DNA of 64,000 nt from Lytechinus pictus (taxonomy: Eukaryota): NCBI RefSeq assembly GCF_037042905.1, contig NC_087245.1:35528001-35592000 (forward strand), written 5' to 3'. How positions within the stretch are numbered: position 1 is the first letter of the stretch; every line of letters begins with the position of its first letter. The notes beneath the pieces are model-generated. The model did no database searches and was not told the origin of the DNA. It worked only from the letters and a program-made list of their open reading frames with translations. A program made the position numbers and the translations under genes. Below are positions 1 to 11,399 of the stretch, piece by piece.

Positions 1-396
1 AATGGTGCAGGTTTAATTTATTAGCTCATTCAAACATCAGGATATGTACATACGCGCACCTAGCTCATTGCAGATTGGCTGACAGACCATTGGAAGCCCC
101 AAGCTATGGCTGCTATATTAGTTTTGCTCTAAGTTCAAATTGGTATATACCTCACATAAATCACACGAACACTCGCACTTGTTTCATTCAAACGTACGAG
201 CAATCGCATAATCTCACGTCGACTCTCACGACTATGCAATCACTCGTCCAACTATTGAGACTGATATCAAACCACTCGCAATCTTTCGTGCAACACTCGC
301 ATGTGATCGCACGAGCACAATACGAGCATATGCGACTTACTCGTGTAACGGGGTTTACTGGTTGTTTTTGTTGTACGGCAGCTGTTGCGGTGACCC

Positions 397-772
397 GACA
401 ATTGCTCCGCCGACAATTGCTACGCAAAATAAGACAACTGCTCCGGACAATTGCTCCGCCGACAGTTGCTCCGCCGATATTTGCTCCGTCGACACTTGCT
501 CCGCCGATATTTGCTCCGCCGATATTTGCTCCGCCGAAATCTGCTCCGCCGAAATTTGCTCCGCCGACATCTTCTCCGACTATACGACAATTGCTCCGCC
601 GACATCTGCTCCGATTATACGACAAGTGCTCCGCGACAATTGGTCCGCCGAAAATTGCTCCGCGACAATTGCTCCACCGATATCTGTTCCGCCGACATTT
701 GCTCCTTCAATATTTGCTCCGCCAACATCTGCTCCGCCGAAAATGGCTCCGGCGTAAATTGCTCCGATAATG
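397..772 (+). repeat. 15-bp minisatellite (unit ~ATTTGCTCCGCCGAC/T)
   Basis: Tandem near-identical 15-mers; explains the repetitive ORFs in all six frames. Confidence 0.9.
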
Positions 773-904
773 CGACAATTGATTTATTTATTCGTACTTT
801 CATGCGCATAACAATAATAGCACAGGCCGAAGGCGTCAATTTACAAATTTGTATATTATAATATATTGCAAAGTAAACTTAAACTATGCTTGCATGATAA
901 TACA

Positions 905-1074
905 CAGGGGCCGCGGAACGGTTTTCAAAGTGGGACTCTGAGTCAAAAGTGGGGGGCTGACCATGCTAAAAATCACAATCATATGGTAATTTTTACGCTT
1001 TTGCACACGGTTTTGGAAAAAGTTTTTTTGGGGGAGGGGCTGAAGCCACCCAGTCCCCGGTTCCGCGGCCCCTG
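905..1074. mobile_element. Small MITE, hAT-like ends
   Basis: TIRs CAGGGGCCGCGGAAC ... GTTCCGCGGCCCCTG; flanking 8-mers only imperfectly duplicated. Confidence 0.65.
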
Positions 1075-1918
1075 ATACATAACATAGAAAGAAATAGAAA
1101 AAAGGGATAAGCACAAAGGAGGGATAGATATTCTTAATTCTTATTCATGGGGGGGGGGGGGAGCATTTGTGTAAGTTTCATTACGCGCCTGGTGATTGAA
1201 ATGAAAAAAAAATACGCGTTTTCATGTAATTATTATGACAGTACAAACTTTTTTAGATATACCCCATTCTTAGCGTCAAAATCGCTCTGGCGATATATGC
1301 TCCGAAGTGGAGATATTTGCTCCAGGTGAAATTCAACGGTACCCCACCTTATTTGTCGAAAACCTGTACTGTAGTCACGCAAAATGTTTACTGTCGGCAA
1401 ATATTGTCCCACACAAACCTGACCAAGACATTCAGTAAGTAAACATTAATATTCATGAAAATACCAACTTGTGAAAGGCTATACTTCTCGGCACACCCCT
1501 CCACTCTGGTTTCCATATCCTATCGTATACACAGTGCTCTGGTCTCCACATCCACATCATGCAATATACACCGTAGAATTTTAGATAAATATGATAATAT
1601 ATAATAGTGAGTTGCTTTTGCGTTTTATGTTGATCATGATTGTTTTCTTCACTGATAGAAAAAAGGATAATTAAGTTTAAAAAAGATCCATAAATAAAAT
1701 CCATAAAAAATTATGGTCCGCCAATAGTCGAATTATATTCATTATGATGTTATAATGTAAGTAACAATTTGTTGTTGATGGGGAATATAATTTTACACGT
1801 AGTTTAAAAAATAAAACAAATCAATCAAACAAGATTTTTATACCTTCATCTGTATATGGCCGCCTATGTATTTTCCAAGAATGAACTTTATGAGAAGAAA
1901 ACGTGTGTTCATGTACTT

Positions 1919-2092
1919 ATTATCATTATCATTGTATCACCATTATCATCATCAGCATCATTATCCTCATCTTCATCATCATCATCGTCATCACCATCAC
2001 CACCATCATCATCATCATTATCATCATTATCATCATTATCATCATCATTGTTATCATCATCATTATCAACATCATTATCACCACCATCTTCA
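1919..2092. repeat. (CAT/TAT/CAC)n microsatellite
   Basis: Direct reading of the trinucleotide tract. Confidence 0.95.
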
Positions 2093-4724
2093 TGACTGTG
2101 GATGTGGAAGTGTTGTTGTTCTCTTTAAACATCATACATTACCTCTGCCGTTGCACATCTCGGGCAACCGTTGCCAAGGACCAAATGTTGGCCCTTACAT
2201 CATCCGTTGCATCGAGTAAGTGGTTTCCGATCAGCTGCGTGGTAGGGCCAGAGTTTATATCTTGGCCGCCCTTTTCAGCCCCTGCCTTATTACCTGCAGC
2301 ACTGCGGCGCGAGACTGATCCGGCGGGTGATTATGGGCAACACGCCCCTGGGGGTTGCCATAAGCTGGTGGTCCATCTGTGGTTATTGCCCCACTACAAT
2401 GGGAACTCCGCTGAAATTCGCACTGCCAGCGAATTTGTCCCGTTTGTACTGTGTAGGCTTCTTTTTTTACGTAAAGAAACCCTTCATGTCCGAGTTTGAC
2501 CCCCCCCCCTCTTCACGTAGACGTACACGCTGTGTAATGAAAATAACCCCCCCCCCCCTTCCGGCAACGCGGTTTAACACGCACGCCTATATCCCATCAT
2601 ACGTTCCTCGACCCTCCTAGAAAAAAAGGCGCAGTGGGGCGCCCCAGGTTCCAGGGAATATCATGGGCGTCCAATGGCGTATAGATGGGGGCGGCTTGGG
2701 GGCCATGTGCCCCCAAATGTTTCACGACCAAGAAAAAAAGAGAACAAGAAAGAAAATGAAATGGAAAGGGTGAAATATGGTATATCATTTTCTGGATATT
2801 ATGTCAAACTCTTTAAAAAAAAAAAAGATTTCTGTATTAAAAATGTCAAACATTTTTCTCGCTCGCTTCGCTCGCTCGCATCTTTAAAAAACTATAGTTC
2901 CATCAGCCATTTTGGCTCATTATGCCACTGTGAACGTCAAACCAGTAGGCCTATAAATGATCCCAGCTCGCATATCGCGCTATTAAGTAAGATACGGAAC
3001 ATGATTGTGCGGTTTTTTTAATGTTCCGTTTTCATAACCAATGAAAAAAAAAGTTTCAGCTTAGCTCCCCCATAATTTAATTGGCGAGATACGTATCCTT
3101 TTGATTAATTTCTGGAACAGATATCAAATAATATTGAAATATTTTTAAAAGATGAAAGGAAGGAATATGAAATATAATATAAATAATAATACTGCTATAC
3201 TAATAACAATAATGTTAATGTATTTTAAAGACGACTCGGCGATTTAAAATGATTTATTAGTCGGCGGACAAAGCCAGGTCATAAAGTTGGTTATAATTTG
3301 GGTTGGCGCGGTTGACGAGGCGACGCGTCATGAGCGCGCCAGTCTGTATTGTTAATGCGCAGAATGACAATAATCGGTACTGGGCGCAAGAAGTGCGCGC
3401 TTTGGTGAAGGCGCGAAAAATCCTTCGTTTTAGTCTTGGCTTTCAACGGAGATGAACGTGCGAAAGATTCGCTTGTAAATTTTCCCACCTCCCCAACAAC
3501 CACCAATGAAAACTTTACGTTTAATCACAATACAATGGTGGAACATTGTTTAAACACATGCAATGGAGATGGTTGAGAATCAGGGTGCTTTGAATATCAG
3601 CAGGGTTGATTTATGATTTTTGAAATGAAATAGCTGGTTTATAATCGTCAGATAACAATGTATTGAAGTTGGAAAATACTTTATATTCATGAATTAAATG
3701 TTCTGTTGATCTATATAGCGAAACACGAATACAAATCCGGGGGCAGTTTGCCTGGTCGCACAAACATCCAAACAATGTTGCGATTGTCGTGCATTTAGAA
3801 ATGTGGGCCGTAAGGGAATTTTCTCCTGACCTATTTTGGTTGGTGGTCAGGTGGGTTTTCTCCCTTACCCGTTTTTGGTATTGAGTGTTCTTTATAGTTA
3901 ATCATTAAATTATTTGAGTTGGCATAGATTTATATCGGCATGACATGTTTTTTAATCGAAAGGGTTCATTTTTGCAAGGTGTTTAAGGCATTGAATGATA
4001 TTTTCGCTTCGTTTTTGTACATTTTACACGTTTATGCCATGTATGTTGATTAATGTTTTATATTGATTCGGGTCCGCACTCGTAACCTCGACGAAGGTAT
4101 TGATTTATTTGCGTTTACATAGTACTTTATAGGAGCGCTATTGTAACATGATTGTTTGTCACGCTTTAAGTTTCAGTTTAGGCCTCACCTGATCTCAAAG
4201 GCGGGGAGGCTGGTATTCGGTATACATTTATATTTTTCGTGAAATTTAGGCCTCACCCAAGTTCTCATGCGGGAAGTCTGGTATGTGTATATGATATGAT
4301 ATATATATATTATATATGATAAGTATGCCATCTGTAATCCACCGATTTGCCGATAGTTAATAGCTGTGCTGGTATTCCTGTCCGGCTGGCAGAGAACCAG
4401 TGGGAAGCAGCCGCAAAATTTAACGTTGATTTTCTGGGAGGAGGGCCTTCTAGCCGGGGGTTTAACCCCCCTTCGGGGAGCTAAAACAAGGCTATCGGTT
4501 GGTTCCAGACATACATGTATGTAACTCTCTAATCAGAGGTATTGTGCATATTCATGTTTCATAGTTATGTCATTGTGACACCAGAATTCGAAAAGCGTTC
4601 ATGATCTCTGCTTAATAAAGCCACGACATAATCGCACATTATTTTGTTATTTCATTTTGTTCGACGAGAATAATAATAATAATGAAAATAGTAATAGTAA
4701 TAATAATAATTATGACAATCACCT

Positions 4725-6065
4725 GGTTATCTATAATGCGCTTGAGACATTGTATGTATCTAAGCGCTTACATATTTATCACCCCGGTCATCATTTTAAT
4801 CAGCTATTCCCGCACACAACGTGTGCACATCCTCCACTCCCTGGGGAGTATTCCAGCCTGCCACCGATGAGGCGCACACAAAGCAGGACAAGCTACAATG
4901 ACTTTCACATCTTACAATAAATTTAGCATGCACCTGGGTAGAATGGCAAAGTGTGGATTAACGACTTGCCAAAGGATGCTTCACCGCGGTGGGATTCGAA
5001 AACACGACCCTTTATAGGCCCCCTCACACCTAACCGAATTGCCTGAAATATGCCTTGCGATAGCTGGCGAAAGGCATTTTTTTTACAAAATCGTTTTCAA
5101 TGGTAGCTGATAGTAAATCATATTTACCCTTCGTGTTTGGGTTCGTACACCTTCTTAACTAACAGCTGCGATTATTCAGATTCGCGGGGAAATTTTGAAC
5201 ATGTTTAAAATTTCCCGACGAATTGAAAAATCGTTGGTCATCTGTTTGAATTCGCATCTCTTATTTAGTCTGCGGTAATCGTTCGTTTATCATCTTTATC
5301 ATTCGTGTTTTATCGTCATGCATAGTCCCTCATCGCGCTTATGCCAAAGTGGACCGATCTCGAAAGAACCCTTAACCATGTTAAAGGCCCCCTCACACCT
5401 ACCGAATTGCCTGAAATATGCCTTGCGATGGCTGGCGAAAGGCATTTTTTAAAATCGTTTTCAATGGTAACTGATAGTAAATCATATTTACCCTTCGTGT
5501 TTGGGTTCGTACATCTTCTGAACTAACAGCTGCGATTATTCAAATTCGCGCGGAAATTTTGAACATGTTTAAAATTTCCCGACGAATTGAAAAATCGTTG
5601 GTCATCTGTTTGAATTCGCATCTCTTATTTAGTCTGCGGTAATCGTTCGTTTATCGTTCGTGTGTTTTTGTCGCGCATAGTCCCTCTTCGCGCTTTTGCC
5701 AAAGTGGACCGATCTCGAAAGATCCCGTAACGAAGCAACACGATGTCACAACGAACAAGATTGCCTGATCTATTCCCTCGTCTTCGTTTCTGATCGCACG
5801 CCATATCAAACCATTGCTCACTGTTCCTTCGTCTTATTGGGTTATATCAACCATTCGCTCGCCTTCGGCTGCAATTTTCTCAAAGAGGTGAACCGAAAAA
5901 TCGATATCCTCTGCATGTCATATTCATCCTTCGCTTACCGTTCGTTGATAAAATTTGACAATAGTTACTACGTCACCCTTCGTCCGCCTATGTTCGGTCA
6001 GGTGTGAGGGGGCTTTTAAGTACAAGCCAAGAGTCAGAACCGCTACACCACACCACGACGCTTCC
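4725..6065 (-). mobile_element. tRNA-derived SINE split by a MITE (pieces ~4725-5014 and ~6016-6065)
   Basis: Minus strand reads GTGGTGTAGCGGTT (A box) ... TTCGAATCCC (B box) once 5017-6014 is removed, then a CCTTTGGCAAG...CACACTTTGCC...CCCAGGTG core and a GCGC-containing LINE-like tail. Confidence 0.7.
5017..6014. mobile_element. Non-autonomous TIR element (Harbinger/Kolobok-like) with duplicated left arm
   Basis: TIR GGCCCCCTCACACCTAACCGAA at 5017, a second near-copy at 5386, and right TIR TTCGGTCAGGTGTGAGGGGGC ending ~6014; T/A-rich target. Confidence 0.75.
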
Positions 6066-7322
6066 ACTTTAAACTTTTGTCTTTAGTTAGGACTAACCCT
6101 AAAAAGAATAATAATAAAAATCCGCTTTTAGCGGCTTATTGGCGAAAATGTGGATGAAAGTGTCGTTTCACCCCCAACCCTATTGGCGAAAGCTTGGTCC
6201 ACTCCTTGCATATGTCTCAAGTTCACGATCACAAAATGTCCCTTTTCTGGTAAATATATCCAAAATATTCATTTAGCGCATCGCGCTTTCATTTCTTTTA
6301 CGAGATATTCCCCCCCGAGATATGCTTCATGTTTACAATAAAAAAAAAAGCGTATAAATGTCCCCTTTCCAGGTCAATAACAGCTCGCGCTCCGTGCATG
6401 CTCGCATTATAAATTCAGTGAGATGCGTATTGGTTTTCATGAATTTGTAACTATATTATTACTGGTATATATACTATTGTCTTTTAAAAATAACATTATT
6501 TGTTTAGACGTTATGAGAGAGATACATACTCATTTAGTAAAATATATTCATATTGTCGTTATTGCACAGAATAGAAAAAAATATAACCGAAGTCTAGTTT
6601 TATAGTAACTCGCCAGTAGCGTAATGAGCCCCCCAAAAAATGGAGGGGGCCAGACAAGGATGACATTTCCTTTATTCTTTTTTCTCCATTGGTAGGGAGA
6701 ATGGGGGGGGGGGATATGTGACCCCTAGCACGCCCCTCCCCCATCTGTAAGCCAGTGATGATCATGCTTTCGTTTGAAACAAATTGAAAGAAAAAAAGGT
6801 GCAAGGGTAGATAAGACCCAAGACGTAATAAAAATTATTGATAAAAATATTCATAATTATAATGCTGATAAAATAATATACAATAAATCAAGCGGTCACC
6901 AATGAAAATAAACAGCGTGAAAGAACAAAACCAGAAAGAGGGAGAGAGAGAGGGGGAGGGGGAGCCCGCGCGAATGTGGTGTATAAGTTGCTGGAAAGCA
7001 GAAGAGATATTGTGTCCAGCACCCCCCCAAAAAAATTCTCTCCCTGCTCAAGACCGGAGTAAAACCAATGATAATAATATATCGAAAAAAATCCAATTTC
7101 AATGGGTAGTGCGTCATTCCCCTTCTCCGTTATAATTTGTCAAGTGGCAGCGGCAGGGAGGACAATTTGTTTTTTTGAAGCAGAAAGCTGTGATGATAGG
7201 GGGAGAATTAAATACATAAAACATTAACGAATAACAAGAACGAAACAACAACAAAACAATTTGTATAAGGATAAATTTCTTATCATTTTACATAGACCAA
7301 CTTGGAGAAATAAGATGTTCAT

Positions 7323-7605
7323 GCAATTGTCGTATAATCGGAGCACATGACGGGGGAGCAATTGACGGCGGAGTAATTGTCGTATAATCGGAGCAGATGT
7401 AGGCAGAGCAATTTTCGGCGGAGCAGATGTCGGAGGAGCAAATATCGGCAGAGCAATTGTCGTATAATCGGAGCAAATATCGACGGAGCAAGTGTCGACG
7501 GAGCAAATATCGACGGAGCAAATGTCGGCGGAGCAACTGTTCGGAGCAATAGTCGGCGGAGCAGTTGTCGTATTTTGCGTAGCAATTGTCGGCGGAGCGG
7601 TTGTC
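7323..7605 (-). repeat. 15-bp minisatellite, inverted relative of 397-772
   Basis: Reverse complement shares the unit and the leader GCTCCGCCGACAATTGCTACGCAAAATA. Confidence 0.85.
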
Positions 7606-8603
7606 ATGGAACCGCTGTTGCAACTGTGAAAGCCTCTGTGCGATCTTATGAGAAGAATAGCGATTGATGCATGTGGCAGCCAAAAGGTCGCAAATGGTCG
7701 TACTTCAATTGTGAAAGGGGCTTAAGGCGCGTGACTATACATGGAAATTCCGTGGTTCGATCCCCGGCCGCGGCACCTATGCCCGTGAGCAAGGCATTTA
7801 ATGTATATACAATGCTCTTTTATCCTGATTTCAAATAAATGGAAAACTATATGCATTATTGGTAACTAGGTGTGCACTTGAAAAAAAGTTTGGAATTTGA
7901 ACATGTTCAGATGCGACCAGTCACGACCACCTCGAATTCGTGCGATCGTCTACAACGACTGCGAGTGATCGCAAGACACCAAGAGATCGATCGTGCAGCA
8001 ACAAGAAAGAACTGTTGCAGGCGGTCGTAAACTGGTCGTACGTCAATAATTGTGAAAGGGGTTTAAGCTAAGCGCCCCTTAACACAATCTCCCAAGTACA
8101 GTACAACCCGCCCGCTCGCTCGCACGAAACCAAGCGCGAACTAACCTACGAGTTAAGCCCCTTTCACAAATGGTGGTGCGACTACAACCGTTGCGATTGT
8201 GTGCAATATATATCGCAAACGATCGCAAGAGCGATTGTAAAGGCCCCTTAAGTTGTCAATGGTCGAGTGTATATAGAAAAGCCAACAGCTGATAGACGGA
8301 CAGAGATTGAATTATCGCGGGCCATGGCCAGTGAGAGCGAAATTAGATCAATGTCGAAACAACGGGCGTAAAAAAGTGCGAAAGTCAAACGATTATAAAT
8401 TGATACCCTAAGCGTCAAAAATAAAATTTGTAATTAGCATTGAAGCTGAAAAACACCCCCTTTTTAAGGAAAACCTCGACGACGTCGAAGGGCTGAAAAC
8501 CCTTTTCGACGCTTTTTGTGGACGCGTGTGCGTCATACGTGATATGATGAGTGACACCCCCGGGTACAAAAATTGTTATAATCCTGAAATATGAGTGAAT
8601 TAC

Positions 8604-9176
8604 CGAATGGTCAACAGGAACATGGCCACACTCAACATTCTCCTCAATCTGCTTCCCGCCTAGCCCCTTGCTGAATTTACCAAGGTAGGTCTCTCGAGGC
8701 TGAAGTGTGTCCCTGAGGTTTTGTAGTTCGAACACAGCTTCGCTGGGTAAAGCCAATGTGACATTGATGCGGACATTCCCGGACCACTTTAGAGTAAAGA
8801 AGGCACTGTACTTTCCATTCCCAAGGTCAATGACCTCACCATCTGACCCAGAGCCTGCGGTGAATGAACTGTTTTGGGTGAAGATCTTGGCACGGAACAA
8901 ATCTCCGCCGTAAGTCTTTGACTCGTTGTAACCGTTCCGGGCTTCTATCAACAGTTCAAGTTGGTCGCATACTGCGTATATTTCCTTGGGATTGACTATG
9001 GTGAATCGGGAGAAGGTAGCATTGGTCGTATCCATTGATGTAACCCATTGCCTGGGCGTAGCTGGGGGATAAGAGAAATGGGGAAAATGTCTCCTTTTTT
9101 GATTGGGACATAAAGGGTGATGCCGCAAGGTTTCATTTCCTACAGACCACGTATCGAACAGGTTAGAGATGGCCAT
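8604..9176 (-). CDS. NXPE family (neurexophilin/PC-esterase) protein, internal exon with neurexophilin Ig-like domain
   Basis: Motifs KTYGGDLFRAKI, GEVIDLGNGKYSAFFTLKWSG, VTLALPSEAV typical of NXPE proteins; acceptor ttatttacag|, donor |gtaatt; 573 nt, phase 0/0. Confidence 0.85.
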
Positions 9177-9529
9177 CTGTAAATAAATCAATCACGTTAA
9201 TCAATAGGAGATAATTACCGAAACAATGAGCTCCGTTGCAACAGGGAAGCTTAAACGAGAAAAGTACACCATGAACGTATAAAAAAAAACTTTCATAATA
9301 ATGAAACCTCTTGAAAAGTTAGAGGATCGAGGCATTGCTCTGCATTTTCATTTTGCATACAATTACTTTCGGGCACCTTAAAGCATAGTCCCACAAGAGC
9401 CTGTAGAAGGTACCCCCGCCCTTATCTGTAGCTTGACTATTAAGATATCGTGCTTTTCGGAGCCCCAATGTGGTAAAATGTTGTTTTGGCTATGTATTTT
9501 TTTCCTTTAAATCACTTAGAGACAAAAGA

Positions 9530-10460
9530 GTAGGCTTTTCTCTATCAGCTACATATAAAGAAGTTAGGGCAGCATAGCAAAGCCTACCCCCTCAGGGGGC
9601 TGCCAAAGTCACCCAATCCCTTTTTCGTATTTTGCCCATTTCTCGGAAAATTCGCCATTTTGGAGAACCATTGAGGCAAAAGGTGTTTCTGCTTTGCAGT
9701 AAAGCCCTTTTATTGTTTTGTAACCTCATGGAGATGACAAAGTAGGATCTTCTTTATCCGCTACATATAAAGATGTGCTGGCACACCAAAGCCTTCCCCC
9801 TTCAGGGGCTGCCGAACTCTCCCCACTTTTTTTGCCCTTGTTCCCTCTTTATTGAAAAAAATGCAGTGTTTGAGCCCCCATTCAGGCAAAAGGGCATATG
9901 GTAAAGCTGTAGTTTTGATTGTGGAAACCACTTGCAAATGAAATAATAGGCTTTTTTTTCTATCAGCTACATGTAAAAAAATGCTGGCACATCGACTTCT
10001 ACCCTCTTCAGAGGCTCCAAAATTGGCAGATTTTCCCATATAATTGGAAAAATACGGAAAAGGGGTGGGTGAATTTGGGAACCCCCTGAGGGGGATAGGC
10101 GTTGCTGCGCAAGCACTTATTAGCAGCAGATATGCTTCAACGTGCCAGCACTTCTTTATATGTAGCAGATAGAGGAAACTCTACTCTTTTGTATCCATAT
10201 AGTTTCAAAACAAGAAAAGTGGCTTCTCTATATAGCAGAAACGCTTTTTGCCTCAATGGGGGTTCCAAAATGGCATATTTTCCCATAAATGGGTAAAATA
10301 CGTAAAAGGGGTGGGTAGCTTCGGCAGTCCCCAGAGGGGGTAGGCTTTGCTGTATACCAGCACTTCTTTATCTGTAGCAGATAGAGGAAACTGTACTCGT
10401 TCGTCTCCATATTGTTTAAAAACAATAAAAGTGGCTTTTCTACATAGCAGAAACACTTTG
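9530..10460. repeat. Fold-back array of diverged ~210-bp units (about three forward, then about two and a half inverted)
   Basis: Unit CTATCAGCTACATATAAAGAAG...CCTACCCCCTCAGGGG at ~9542, ~9755, ~9960; reverse-complement copies from ~10045 to ~10460. Confidence 0.65.
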
Positions 10461-11399
10461 AAAATAATGAATTTTCATTAAAAAAAAATCCAAGAGGGCC
10501 TCCAAAGATATCAATTTCGAACCCCGTGGACATCGTGGGACATGATTTTGCAAAGGGAACATCAAGATTCATTAACTAGACACTTAAGGCAATACAAAAA
10601 CGTTGATTAAAAATATATTATGATGGTGCACAGGAACTCCCATTTCCGACTCGACTACAATAATGCAGTCATACATGGTATAGGTTCGTTGTTGAAAACT
10701 AGGCTGAAAATGTAGCCTATAGACTGCCCAGTGGGCAATCAATCTTTACTGAAATCATTCATTTATTAGCAGAGACATAATGAAGATGAAAATATGCTGT
10801 TTTTTGAAGATTTGATATCATGTAAAATGCAGGAAACATCAATTAGGCATATCGTTCGCACACCTCAGCAATATGGTGAAATGGGCCCAAAAACGCACGA
10901 TTTCTATGTACGCACCATATTAAAAAGGGGGCTGAAATCACAGCCTATAATGTCAATTTCAATTACTGACATATATTTTCTAAAATTAGAGATATAGATG
11001 AAGAGAACGATATTATGATTGACAGGAAATATATCAAAGAAAGTACACTAAAAAAGAAAATAAATTTCTGAATCGATTTTCGACAATTTTTGATGCAAGA
11101 AATCTCCCAAACGAATGATATGCAAATTTCATGACGTAATTTGCATATGTAAACAATAATTTCTGTTCGTGATATTTTGCATGTCTCTTTTGCACTACTT
11201 GAACAATATATTTTGAAAGTTTCATATAAAACAAGCATGGTTTGGCTGAGAAATTCTCCCTTGACTTCATGTTGTGTGTAGAATGTCTAAAAAATGGTGA
11301 AATAGGGCCATTTTGTAGTGACGTCATATATTACGTCATTTCGGCGGGAAAACCACGGATAAAACCCGGCAGCAATGCATTTTTGTAAACTTCAGGGTC

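Noticed and set aside
75..861. Pentapeptide-repeat-like ORFs (GGANI, APPIF, SADIC, LLRR), also at 7224-7683
   Set aside because: All frames are open because of a stop-free 15-bp minisatellite; no splice or domain support.
2143..2293. Possible minus-strand exon (ctgcag| ... |gtaatg)
   Set aside because: Open only in phase 1, incompatible with the phase-0 NXPE donor, and the peptide resembles nothing I recognise.
1856..2499. His-, Ser- and Ile-rich ORFs
   Set aside because: Translations of a (CAT)n microsatellite; the same applies to ORFs at 15230, 28842 and 30057.
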